From: a virus
Virus record (IMG/VR): IMGVR_UViG_3300045915_000028
Reading direction: 5' to 3' (one strand)
Length of the DNA stretch: 50,562 nucleotides
In this document: positions 25,029 through 33,428 of the stretch, piece by piece
Numbering within the stretch: position 1 is the first letter of the stretch
Layout of the letters: each line of letters opens with the position of its first letter
Notes under the pieces: model-generated
Told to the model about the DNA's origin: nothing
What the model saw: only the letters and a program-made list of their open reading frames with translations
Databases searched by the model: none
Program-made: the position numbers and the translations under genes

Positions 25029-25456
25029 GCGCGCCGCTGCAGGCCGCCTTCAAGGCGGTCGATCCGATCGTGTTCGGCATCAACTGGTTTCGGCCGCTGG
25101 GCGCACCGGCCGCCATCGCGGCCAAGCGTTGGGCGGCGGGCATGGCGATGCCCTACCGCTGGGTGTCGGTGGCGTCCCATCCGCGTGTCGGATACCTGAG
25201 CTTTCCGACGATCCGGGTGCACACCCTGGCCGCAACGTACACCGAGGCGGCCCGCGAGGCCGCCCGCACCGATGAGCGCGCACAGGTGCTCGTCGATCAC
25301 CCGGGCTGGGGCACCACCATGCCCGACGGCGCGATCGTCAGCCCGATCTTCGCCGAAATCATCGAATCAGCCCACGAGGAGCCGTACGCCGCCGAGACCG
25401 TCGCCACACGCCTCGTGAGCGAGTACCGGTTCGGATTCAAACTCGTCGCGGCCTAG
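25025..25456 (+). CDS. Tail terminator-like protein (143 aa)
   Basis: Synteny: last gene before the major tail gene. Confidence 0.4.
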   Translation: MSAPLQAAFKAVDPIVFGINWFRPLGAPAAIAAKRWAAGMAMPYRWVSVASHPRVGYLSFPTIRVHTLAATYTEAAREAARTDERAQVLVDHPGWGTTMPDGAIVSPIFAEIIESAHEEPYAAETVATRLVSEYRFGFKLVAA

Positions 25457-25559
25457 CCCACGCCGCGCAGCGGGCCAACCAACTGCCCGCACCCCAACCA
25501 CGCCCACCCATCCGCCGGATTGCTGTCCGGTTCAACACCTTTGGTGAAAGGACGTCTCG

Positions 25560-26669
25560 ATGACGCAGCTCATGACCGGCACGACGTGGGGAGGGGCCGG
25601 CCTCGCAGAACTGAACCCCGAGTCGCTGGAGATCGGCAAGCCGCTGCGCGTGCTGGTGCGCGACTCGCGCGGCGAAGCCACCAACATCAGCCCGCACAAC
25701 TCCGATGGGTCGGTGTTCTGGTCGCCGATCACGCAGGACAACAAGCTGCGCGGTGACCTGCTGGCCCGCACCAAGGTGGGCGGCATCTGGGTGACCAACC
25801 CCGAGCCCAACCAGGGCTGGCTCGACACCGGCCAGTTCAAGGACGGCGCCGGCCCGCAGTCCAAGCCGAACGTGCGCTCCACGACGTTCCGGGTGATCCA
25901 GACGAATTTGCCGTACTACACCAGCCTGACGGAGGAGTCGGAGGCGCTGAGCTTCGCCCCGGTCGACACCGCGCTGCCGTGGAATCAGCATCTGCGCAAG
26001 AACCTGCGGCTGTCCAACGACAACGGCGACATCATCGTCCCCGACCCCGGCTCGCTCAATGCCGGGTTCAGCCGCGTCGTGTCCGGTGTCAACCCTGGCC
26101 GGCAGTTCCTGGTCTTGCGCCAGATCGAGTCCAGCAAGACGAACCTGCCGCTGTACAAGATCGACGGCTACGCCCTGGCCCGGCTGAGCAACATCGGGAA
26201 CTCGAAGAAGGAGAAGGACGACTCGGAAGCCTCCGAGCTGACCTACGACCCCGAGCTGGACGGCATCATGATGGCGCTGGCCCCCAACGGCCAGGGCGAA
26301 CTGGAATACCAGCCGATCCTGATGCACACCTGGTACGGCGGGTCGGGGTGGACCGCGCTGGGCGGTGTGCCATCGCTGTCGGCGACCCCGCCGGTCGCGA
26401 CCGCCACCACAGCTTCGCATGCCATGCTGGCGTTCGCCGAGCCCACCGGCCCGGGCGACCCGTGGACCTACACCGCCCAGCAATCCAGCGATGCGGGTGT
26501 GACGTGGGGTCCGGCGATCGAGCCCGACGACGTGACGGTCGCCGGCGGCACGGTGACCCTGCTGCTGGCCGGGCTGACCGCGGGCGGCTCCAAGCTGCGG
26601 GCCACGGTGCACGCCACCAACGGCGCGACGGCGACCACCCCGATGTCGAACTCGGTCACCATCACATAA
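25560..26669 (+). CDS. Major tail protein with C-terminal Ig-like domain (369 aa)
   Basis: GAAAGGA RBS after a 100-nt gap; position before the G/T chaperones; followed by a strong hairpin. Confidence 0.7.
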   Translation: MTQLMTGTTWGGAGLAELNPESLEIGKPLRVLVRDSRGEATNISPHNSDGSVFWSPITQDNKLRGDLLARTKVGGIWVTNPEPNQGWLDTGQFKDGAGPQSKPNVRSTTFRVIQTNLPYYTSLTEESEALSFAPVDTALPWNQHLRKNLRLSNDNGDIIVPDPGSLNAGFSRVVSGVNPGRQFLVLRQIESSKTNLPLYKIDGYALARLSNIGNSKKEKDDSEASELTYDPELDGIMMALAPNGQGELEYQPILMHTWYGGSGWTALGGVPSLSATPPVATATTASHAMLAFAEPTGPGDPWTYTAQQSSDAGVTWGPAIEPDDVTVAGGTVTLLLAGLTAGGSKLRATVHATNGATATTPMSNSVTIT

Positions 26670-26672
26670 TCC

Positions 26673-26735
26673 CCCGCCGGGTGGGCGTTTTGGGCGCTTC
26701 GCGACCGTCCTGGGCGGCGCCCACCCGGCGGGTTT
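26673..26735 (+). terminator. Stem-loop terminator/attenuator after the major tail gene
   Basis: CCCGCCGGGTGGGCG (26673-26687) is perfectly complementary to CGCCCACCCGGCGGG (26718-26732), followed by TTT. Confidence 0.5.
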
Positions 26736-26789
26736 CCACCTATCCAACGCCCAGGAATCGCCCACCGCCCGAAAGGATCACGCCCCCGC

Positions 26790-27398
26790 ATGACCAAACA
26801 GCCCCAACCCGATGAACCCGAGGACACTGCCGACCTTCCGACCAAAAGCCCCGACGCGGGAAAGTCGGCACTGGAGCAGGCCCGGATCTATGACTCGGTT
26901 CTCGCGCCGATCACGCTCAGCTTCGACGACGGTACGACGATGGACATCCCGCCGAACCCCTACCTGCGCGTCCTCGACGATGACCAGTTGATCGCCTGGG
27001 ACAAGCTGCATTTCGAGCGTGACCACACCTATGACCGCGGGCCCGATGAAATCGTCGCCGTCGAGGAACGTGAGATCACCGACAAGCGCGGCAACGTCCT
27101 GACCACCATCCCCGCCGCGGCCGAGACCCGCCCGGGCCCGCTGCTGTTCCCTTACCGGCGCGCCGGTGAGCTGATCACTCCCTCCTGGGAGATCCTCGAG
27201 GTCATCGCGGCGATCGGTCAGAAGCAATACGACCTGGCGCGGTCCAAGACGATCGACGGCGAGCGGGTGGCCGTCAAGCACTTCCGCAAGGCGTGGTACC
27301 GCGTGGAAGAACTGCTGAGGGAGCGTCAGACGGCAGATCCCAAAAGTAATGGGGGCGCTGTGGATCTGGAGGCAGTTCCCCCGCCAGATAGCCAGTGA
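26790..27398 (+). CDS. Tail assembly chaperone (G-like, 202 aa)
   Basis: Position between the major tail and tape measure genes; overlaps the downstream shifted ORF. Confidence 0.7.
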   Translation: MTKQPQPDEPEDTADLPTKSPDAGKSALEQARIYDSVLAPITLSFDDGTTMDIPPNPYLRVLDDDQLIAWDKLHFERDHTYDRGPDEIVAVEEREITDKRGNVLTTIPAAAETRPGPLLFPYRRAGELITPSWEILEVIAAIGQKQYDLARSKTIDGERVAVKHFRKAWYRVEELLRERQTADPKSNGGAVDLEAVPPPDSQ

Positions 27399-27777
27399 TC
27401 TACACACCCGCGGCCAGCACATCAAGTGCTGGCTGCGCGGCACCCGAGGCGCCGACGGCGACCTGATCCTATCGAGCTACGAACTGCTTTACCTGCTGGA
27501 GTTCCTGCCAGAGGATTCCGCGTTCAAGACGCAGGCCGAGCGCGGCGGCCGCTGGCCGGTCAAGGTGGCGGCGCTCGCCGAAATCGCCAACGAGGCCTAC
27601 CGGTTCCGGTCCTCGTGGCAGGGTTCCAAACTCGGCGCGGACGGGATGTTCGACACCGCCCCGATCGAGTTCGTCGACCCCGTCGACCGGGCCGACCGCA
27701 AACGCACCGAAGACGCCGTGGATCTGGCGGATCGGCAGGCCCAGAGCGCAATTGACGCCGAACTGGGCTACTCGTGA
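27349..27777 (+). CDS. Tail assembly chaperone frameshift extension (T-like); frame open from 27319, +1 relative to the G frame
   Basis: ...LILSSYELLYLLEFLPEDSAFKTQAERGG... typical T-part; no credible own start or RBS. Confidence 0.6.
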   Translation: MGALWIWRQFPRQIASDLHTRGQHIKCWLRGTRGADGDLILSSYELLYLLEFLPEDSAFKTQAERGGRWPVKVAALAEIANEAYRFRSSWQGSKLGADGMFDTAPIEFVDPVDRADRKRTEDAVDLADRQAQSAIDAELGYS

Positions 27778-27807
27778 CGCGCGTGACATGAAGGGAGGGT
27801 TGAGCAT

Positions 27808-30800
27808 TTGGGCACCATCTACGCCGACGTTGTAGCGCGCCTGGATGAGCGGGCCGCCCAGATTGTCTCCGACCAGCTCTCGCGTGAGCTCGACGACATG
27901 GGGCAGCGGGTAAACGCCGGATTGTCCACCCAGATGGCGGCGGTGAGCCGCGGGGCCTCCGCGATGGGCGCCTCGGTCGGCCGCGGTGCGCTGGTCGCCG
28001 GTTCCGCGCTGGCCGGTGTCGTCGTCGCTGCGGCCGAGGTGGGCGAAGCCCTCTACGGTGTCGGCGAACGTTTCGACGCTGTCGGTGACAGTATCGCGGT
28101 GCGCACCGGAAAGATCGGTGAGGACCTCGACGGACTGAGCCGGTCCATCGGAAACGTCGCCGCGGTCACCGCCTCGTCGATCGAGGACATCGCCGACATC
28201 GGCGCCCGGGTGTCGCAGGCCTTCGACCTGTCGGGCCGCCCGTTCGAGGACCTCACCAAGCAGATCGCCGACCTGAACCGGATGACCGGCGAAACGCTGA
28301 ACATCCGCCAATTCGGCATGACGCTGCGCGGATTCGGCGACGACGGCGCCCAGGCGACCCAGGCGCTCGACCAGTTGACCGCGGTGTCACAGCGCACCGG
28401 TATCCCGCTCAACGAACTGGTGAACACGCTGGGCAGTGTCGGCCCGGCCGCGCGCACGCTCGGCCTGGACATGGAAGACGCCGCAGGCCTGATTGTCAGC
28501 TTCGAAGAGGCGGGCATCGACGCCGACAAGACCGTGCAGGGCCTCAACCGGGCCGCCGCGACATTCGCCGAGAACAACATCAACCTGAGCACCGGCCTGG
28601 CCGACACCATCACCCAGATCCGGGGGTTCATCACCGCCGGCGATGAGGCCGCCGCAGTGGATCTGGCGGGCAAGGTGTTCGGCACCCGCGCCGCGCAGAC
28701 CTTCGTCGACACCATCCGGCAGGGCACCCTCAACGTCGACACCCTCCATCAGGGCCTCGGCAATACCAGCAACACGATCAGCAAACTTGATCAGCAGACC
28801 GCGGACTGGGCGGAGAACTGGACGATCCTGAAGAACCGGGTGTCCGAACTCGCCAATATGGCGGGCGGCCCACTGTTCGATGCCCTCAACAAGGCGCTGG
28901 GAGTCCTCAACAACATCATCGCGGCGCGGGTCGAAATAGACGGCGGCCGGATGGGGCCACACCTGGGTGTCACCCCCGTCAATCCGTTGGACCAGCTGGC
29001 GCCGGGAGTCTCGGGGCCGGCACCAACGGGGCCGACGGTGCCGCCCGTGAACGACTTGTACGGCCCCGACACACCGCCATGGCTGACGGCGATCCTGCCG
29101 CCACCCCCACCGCCCGGTGGCTACCCGGCGGGACCTGCGCCGCAGGACATCGCGGGCGCACTCGCCGACAAGGAAAAAGGCGCCGGACCTAAAGGCCCAC
29201 GCCTACCGCCCGCACCGTCGGTGCCCTACGACCTCTCGCTGCCACCCGGGATACCAGGAATGCCGCCCGACGCCTCAGTTTTCGGCGCCGAATCATCATT
29301 CCTGGATGCCCGCCAGAAGCTGGCCGAGAAGCGTGCACGGCTCACCCAGCTCGAGCACACCGAGGCTGCCACCGCCGACGAGGTACAAAACGCCCGCAAC
29401 GACGTGATCGAGAGCGAGCGGGACTTGCAGGCCGCCGAGATGCGGATGGGTGAGGCGCGGGCCACCCAGTACGAGCAGCTGATCAAGGCCAGCGAAAAGC
29501 ATGCCGATCAGATGAAGAACACCGCTGACCGGCTGGAAAACATCGGTGCGCAACTGGATTCGGACTTCGGGGTATCCGAGGGTCTGGCCGGCATCTTCGA
29601 CAACATCACCCGCTTCGTTGCGAATCTGGCGTTCGCCCCGGCATACGGTGCGCTTTCGGCGGTGTCCGAAGCCGCCGGGTACGGGCCCGGTGAGGTGGGC
29701 GGCGGACTGGTCGGTGCGGCGGCCGGGGCGGGTGTGTTCGGCCAGCAATACCAGGTGCTGCCGTGGTGGATGCGCGACCGCGAACAGGCCGACGCCGACG
29801 CATCCGCGATCGGCCCAACCCCGCTCGGCGGCGAACGGGGTGCCCCGCTGGCCACCGGATCCGGATCCACGAATCCCAACGTCGCGACGATGGAAGCACT
29901 CGCACAGCACGCCAGCGGTGGCCAATACGACTGGGGCGGAACCGATCTAGTCAACGGGCTCGCGGACTGTTCGGGCGCGGTGTCCGAACTCGTCGCCGCT
30001 CTCACCGGGCGCGGCACGGGCGGCGGGCGCCTGTTCAACGCCGGGCCGAGCACAGCGGCGGATCTGGAAGGGCTCGGTTTCCAGCCGGGATTTCAGCCCG
30101 GTGCGATGAACGTCGGGTGGCGGGTCGGTGGCCCCGGTGGCGGGCACATGGCGGCGACGCTGCCCAGTGGCACCAATTTCGAGGCGGGCGGCGGCACGGG
30201 CGGCATCGCCTACGGTGGTCCCGCGGTCGGTGCGGCGAGCTTCCCGAATCAGATGTACCTACCGGTCGGCGGTGGCGCATCCGCTCCCGCTGCCACGGGT
30301 GGCGGGTTCGTGCCGTTGTCCGGTGATGCACTCACCAATCCTGCGCTGACGCCGCCGAGCACGCAGTCGGCGGGCGGCGGCACTGGTTGGTGGCCCAGCC
30401 TGACTCGCCCCGGCGGTGGCGGTGGTGGTGGGGCGGGCACCGGCATGTTGGGTCCCGGGTTGGCCGGCCCACCGCGGGGCCTGCCCAGCACGCTCGGATT
30501 GAGTGGCCGCGCCGCACCGTCGCAGTCGGTGGCCGGTGGCCGCGCTTTCGGGCAGGGCCTGCCCGCCTCCGGCGGTATCGGCTTCGGTGGTGGACTGGTG
30601 GGTCTGGCGGGCGGTGCCGCCAAGTCCGCGATCGCCGCGGGCGGGCTGGCCGCCGACGCCGGCGGTGGGATGGGCGGTGGTTCCGCGGGTGCGGCCGTGG
30701 CGTCCGCGTTCGCCGACATCGGCATCGCCGAACTGCAACGCGCAGCCGGCGCGGCAGGACAGTACGTCGGTGCGCTGGCCGGCGGTGCGCTGGAAACCTT

Positions 30801-31155
30801 CTCCCTCAACCAATCCGCGCTCGCCGACCCCGGCAGCTCGTGGCTGGGGCGGCTGGCCATCGCCGCCGCGGGGGCCCGGCCCGCCCTGCCCAACACCGCC
30901 GGGGAGATGGGCGGCCAGGAGAACCCCAACATGATCGAGGGCGGCAAACCGCAACCACCCGGGCCGATGACACCGCAGGAGGCCGACGCCGCCAAAGCTG
31001 GGGCGGCGGAAGCTGGGGCGGGCGGCGCCGATAACAGCACGACCTTCAACAACAACGTCACCATCAACAACCCGCAGACCAAAAACGTGCCCAGCAGCAT
31101 GGGTCAGGCCCAGAACGCCCTGATCGCCCAGCAGGCCGCGAGGCAGCCGCGGTGA
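27808..31155 (+). CDS. Tape measure protein (1115 aa, TTG start) with embedded NlpC/P60-like motif and Gly-rich C-terminal third
   Basis: Largest gene, after G/T; GGQYDWGGTDLVNGLADCSGAVSELV near 29908-29990. Confidence 0.9.
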   Translation: MGTIYADVVARLDERAAQIVSDQLSRELDDMGQRVNAGLSTQMAAVSRGASAMGASVGRGALVAGSALAGVVVAAAEVGEALYGVGERFDAVGDSIAVRTGKIGEDLDGLSRSIGNVAAVTASSIEDIADIGARVSQAFDLSGRPFEDLTKQIADLNRMTGETLNIRQFGMTLRGFGDDGAQATQALDQLTAVSQRTGIPLNELVNTLGSVGPAARTLGLDMEDAAGLIVSFEEAGIDADKTVQGLNRAAATFAENNINLSTGLADTITQIRGFITAGDEAAAVDLAGKVFGTRAAQTFVDTIRQGTLNVDTLHQGLGNTSNTISKLDQQTADWAENWTILKNRVSELANMAGGPLFDALNKALGVLNNIIAARVEIDGGRMGPHLGVTPVNPLDQLAPGVSGPAPTGPTVPPVNDLYGPDTPPWLTAILPPPPPPGGYPAGPAPQDIAGALADKEKGAGPKGPRLPPAPSVPYDLSLPPGIPGMPPDASVFGAESSFLDARQKLAEKRARLTQLEHTEAATADEVQNARNDVIESERDLQAAEMRMGEARATQYEQLIKASEKHADQMKNTADRLENIGAQLDSDFGVSEGLAGIFDNITRFVANLAFAPAYGALSAVSEAAGYGPGEVGGGLVGAAAGAGVFGQQYQVLPWWMRDREQADADASAIGPTPLGGERGAPLATGSGSTNPNVATMEALAQHASGGQYDWGGTDLVNGLADCSGAVSELVAALTGRGTGGGRLFNAGPSTAADLEGLGFQPGFQPGAMNVGWRVGGPGGGHMAATLPSGTNFEAGGGTGGIAYGGPAVGAASFPNQMYLPVGGGASAPAATGGGFVPLSGDALTNPALTPPSTQSAGGGTGWWPSLTRPGGGGGGGAGTGMLGPGLAGPPRGLPSTLGLSGRAAPSQSVAGGRAFGQGLPASGGIGFGGGLVGLAGGAAKSAIAAGGLAADAGGGMGGGSAGAAVASAFADIGIAELQRAAGAAGQYVGALAGGALETFSLNQSALADPGSSWLGRLAIAAAGARPALPNTAGEMGGQENPNMIEGGKPQPPGPMTPQEADAAKAGAAEAGAGGADNSTTFNNNVTINNPQTKNVPSSMGQAQNALIAQQAARQPR

Positions 31156-31162
31156 GCACGCG

Positions 31163-33415
31163 ATGACCGCGACCATCGTCTACCCGCAGGGCCCGGTGAC
31201 CCCGCATGGGCGCTATCACATCCGCAAGGGTGACCTGCCGATGGTGTCGCTGCAGTCCTACAACGATGCCATCGTCATCTGGCTCATGGGTGGCCAGGCC
31301 ATCCCCGACCCCACCCGACCGGAGTCGGTTCAGGTCAAAGACATCCGCGGCCTGATCGCCCCGTGGGAGCTGATCGAGCAGCACGGCGCCACACAGGACG
31401 GCGTCACCGTGGTCGACGCGCTCTACGGCCCCACCGAGGTCGACGTGGACGTGGAGTTGTTCGCCCGCGACTCCAAGCACCTGCGCCGGCTGCGCCGGCA
31501 CCTCCTCGAATGCCTCGACGCGTGGCTGCGCAGCGAATTCGGCTGGATGACGCACGAATTGGGCTATTGGTGGGCGCCGATCCGGTGGCGTCAGAAGCCC
31601 GACAATTCCGAGGCGCCGCCGCAGCAGGCCACCCAGTCGTTGACCCTGATGCTGCAAGCGGATTCGGGGTTCTACCAGTCCTACCCGGACGTCGACGAGT
31701 TCGGATTCCTCTACGAGGACATGACCGACACGTTCACGTTGAACCGGTCTGCTCAGCATGATCTCGGCCCGGATTGGCCGATGCTTTACGGCGGCAACGG
31801 AATCGGCTACCTGTACAGCAACGGCCATCACGCTTTGTGGAATGACGACCCTGACAGCATCTTCTTCACCGGCACCCGCCGCGTCGTCTGCGGCCCGTAC
31901 CTGGGCTACAGCACCGCGAGTGATACGCAAGAGGTCAGCATCGTTTTCGACTCCACGCCGGAGTTCACCGTGGGATCGGGTGCGGCTAACGATCTTTGGT
32001 GCCGGATGGGCCGAAACCCGGACGGCACCTGGAACGGCACCGGGATCCGGGCCCGCTGGGGCTGGGGCTATCTGCAACTGTCCTACTTCGTTGATTTCGC
32101 CGAGTTGGGCAGTCACACCGAACTGGAGATCATCCCGCCGATCGGCGGTGAGCGGTTCACGATGAAAGCGGGCGTCGGCGGCAACCCGCGCCGCTTCCAA
32201 CTTCTGCGCGGCACGTTGGTGATGATGGATGTCACGGAGCCGTCCGCCGGGTCACGGCTGGGCGCGGATTATCGCGGCGTCGGGTTCGGAATGCAGGGCG
32301 GCGCGGCTGTCATCACGCAGGCCACGCCGGGCGGTGTGCGCGAGTTCGCTTCCGGGGGACCGGTTCTTGATGCGTTCTCCACCGACATCGCTTTCGGGCT
32401 CGGTGCGAGCTGGCCGCTGCGCTATGAAGGCCACAACGACGCCTACGTCCGCACGATCGCCGGCGAGGTGCAGTGGATCGACAATTCGGGCACCGCGACC
32501 CAAGAGGTCGTGTGCGGGCCGTACCGGGACTTCGACACCGAAACCGATAACCAGGTCGTCGCGATGGTGCTGGGCAGCTTCCCCGAGTGGTCAGCACCCG
32601 AGTCGGGCGCTAACGACTTGTGGGGTCGCATGGGCCGAAACCCGGACGGCACCTGGAACGGCTGCGGGATTCAGTTGCGTTGCACGCGAAGCGAGGTGAT
32701 CCTGACGGCGTGGGTCGATTTCGCGATCGTGTGGACCCGCAGAATCATCAACTTTGTGACGCCGTTCCCCGGCGACAAGTGGACACTGGTGTGCGGCTAT
32801 ACCGGTAATCCGCGGCTTTTCAAGGTGTACCGCAACGGGTCAACAGTCTTGGAGCACAAGGAAAGCGGCACCGCGTCGCGTCTCGGACCGGACTATCGGG
32901 GCATCGGGTTCGGGATGCGCGCCGGGGGTGCGCTGATCACCCAGGCCACCCCGGCGATCGTGCGCAAGATCAGCGCGGGCGACAACGCCGAAGTGACGCA
33001 GTCCGGTTTCCTCGAACGCCACAACGCCGGCGACCAGATCGCCTACGACGCCTACACCTGCTACGGGCCCGGAATCTTCGGGATCGCCAATGGGCCCAGG
33101 TCGACCGAGGTGGTGGAACTCGGGCCGCTGGCCCCCGGCGAGGTCGCGCACATCCGCACCGATCCGCGCCGCGGTGGCGTGTTCGACTACACGCCACGCA
33201 CCGGCAACGACACCGCGCCGGTGTTGTTCGGGGCCAACCCGACCGACACCATGTACCGGAAGATGAAGGGGCGCTTCACGTTCGCGTGCGCGATCCCGCC
33301 CAAGGAACCGGGCATGCGGGTAGCAGCACAGCACGTCGCGGTGTCCATCACCGGCGGTAACGCCGATTCGCGGATCATGGCCAGCCTCACGCCGTTGCGG
33401 CGGTACCCGCAGTGA
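31163..33415 (+). CDS. Minor tail protein (distal-tail-like) with internal domain duplication (750 aa)
   Basis: First gene after the tape measure; two paralogous segments about 208 codons apart. Confidence 0.7.
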   Translation: MTATIVYPQGPVTPHGRYHIRKGDLPMVSLQSYNDAIVIWLMGGQAIPDPTRPESVQVKDIRGLIAPWELIEQHGATQDGVTVVDALYGPTEVDVDVELFARDSKHLRRLRRHLLECLDAWLRSEFGWMTHELGYWWAPIRWRQKPDNSEAPPQQATQSLTLMLQADSGFYQSYPDVDEFGFLYEDMTDTFTLNRSAQHDLGPDWPMLYGGNGIGYLYSNGHHALWNDDPDSIFFTGTRRVVCGPYLGYSTASDTQEVSIVFDSTPEFTVGSGAANDLWCRMGRNPDGTWNGTGIRARWGWGYLQLSYFVDFAELGSHTELEIIPPIGGERFTMKAGVGGNPRRFQLLRGTLVMMDVTEPSAGSRLGADYRGVGFGMQGGAAVITQATPGGVREFASGGPVLDAFSTDIAFGLGASWPLRYEGHNDAYVRTIAGEVQWIDNSGTATQEVVCGPYRDFDTETDNQVVAMVLGSFPEWSAPESGANDLWGRMGRNPDGTWNGCGIQLRCTRSEVILTAWVDFAIVWTRRIINFVTPFPGDKWTLVCGYTGNPRLFKVYRNGSTVLEHKESGTASRLGPDYRGIGFGMRAGGALITQATPAIVRKISAGDNAEVTQSGFLERHNAGDQIAYDAYTCYGPGIFGIANGPRSTEVVELGPLAPGEVAHIRTDPRRGGVFDYTPRTGNDTAPVLFGANPTDTMYRKMKGRFTFACAIPPKEPGMRVAAQHVAVSITGGNADSRIMASLTPLRRYPQ

Positions 33416-33428
33416 GCAGAACTGCGCG

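Noticed and set aside
25437-26765. 442-aa minus-strand ORF antisense to the major tail gene
   Set aside because: It is an Arg/Gly/Pro-rich shadow ORF. The plus-strand gene has a strong RBS and a downstream terminator.
30249-31176. Several 280-305-aa minus-strand ORFs, plus other-frame ORFs, over the tape measure 3' end
   Set aside because: They are products of the Gly-rich (GGN)n coding region read in other frames, giving Pro/Ala/Arg-rich sequence. There is no independent support for them.
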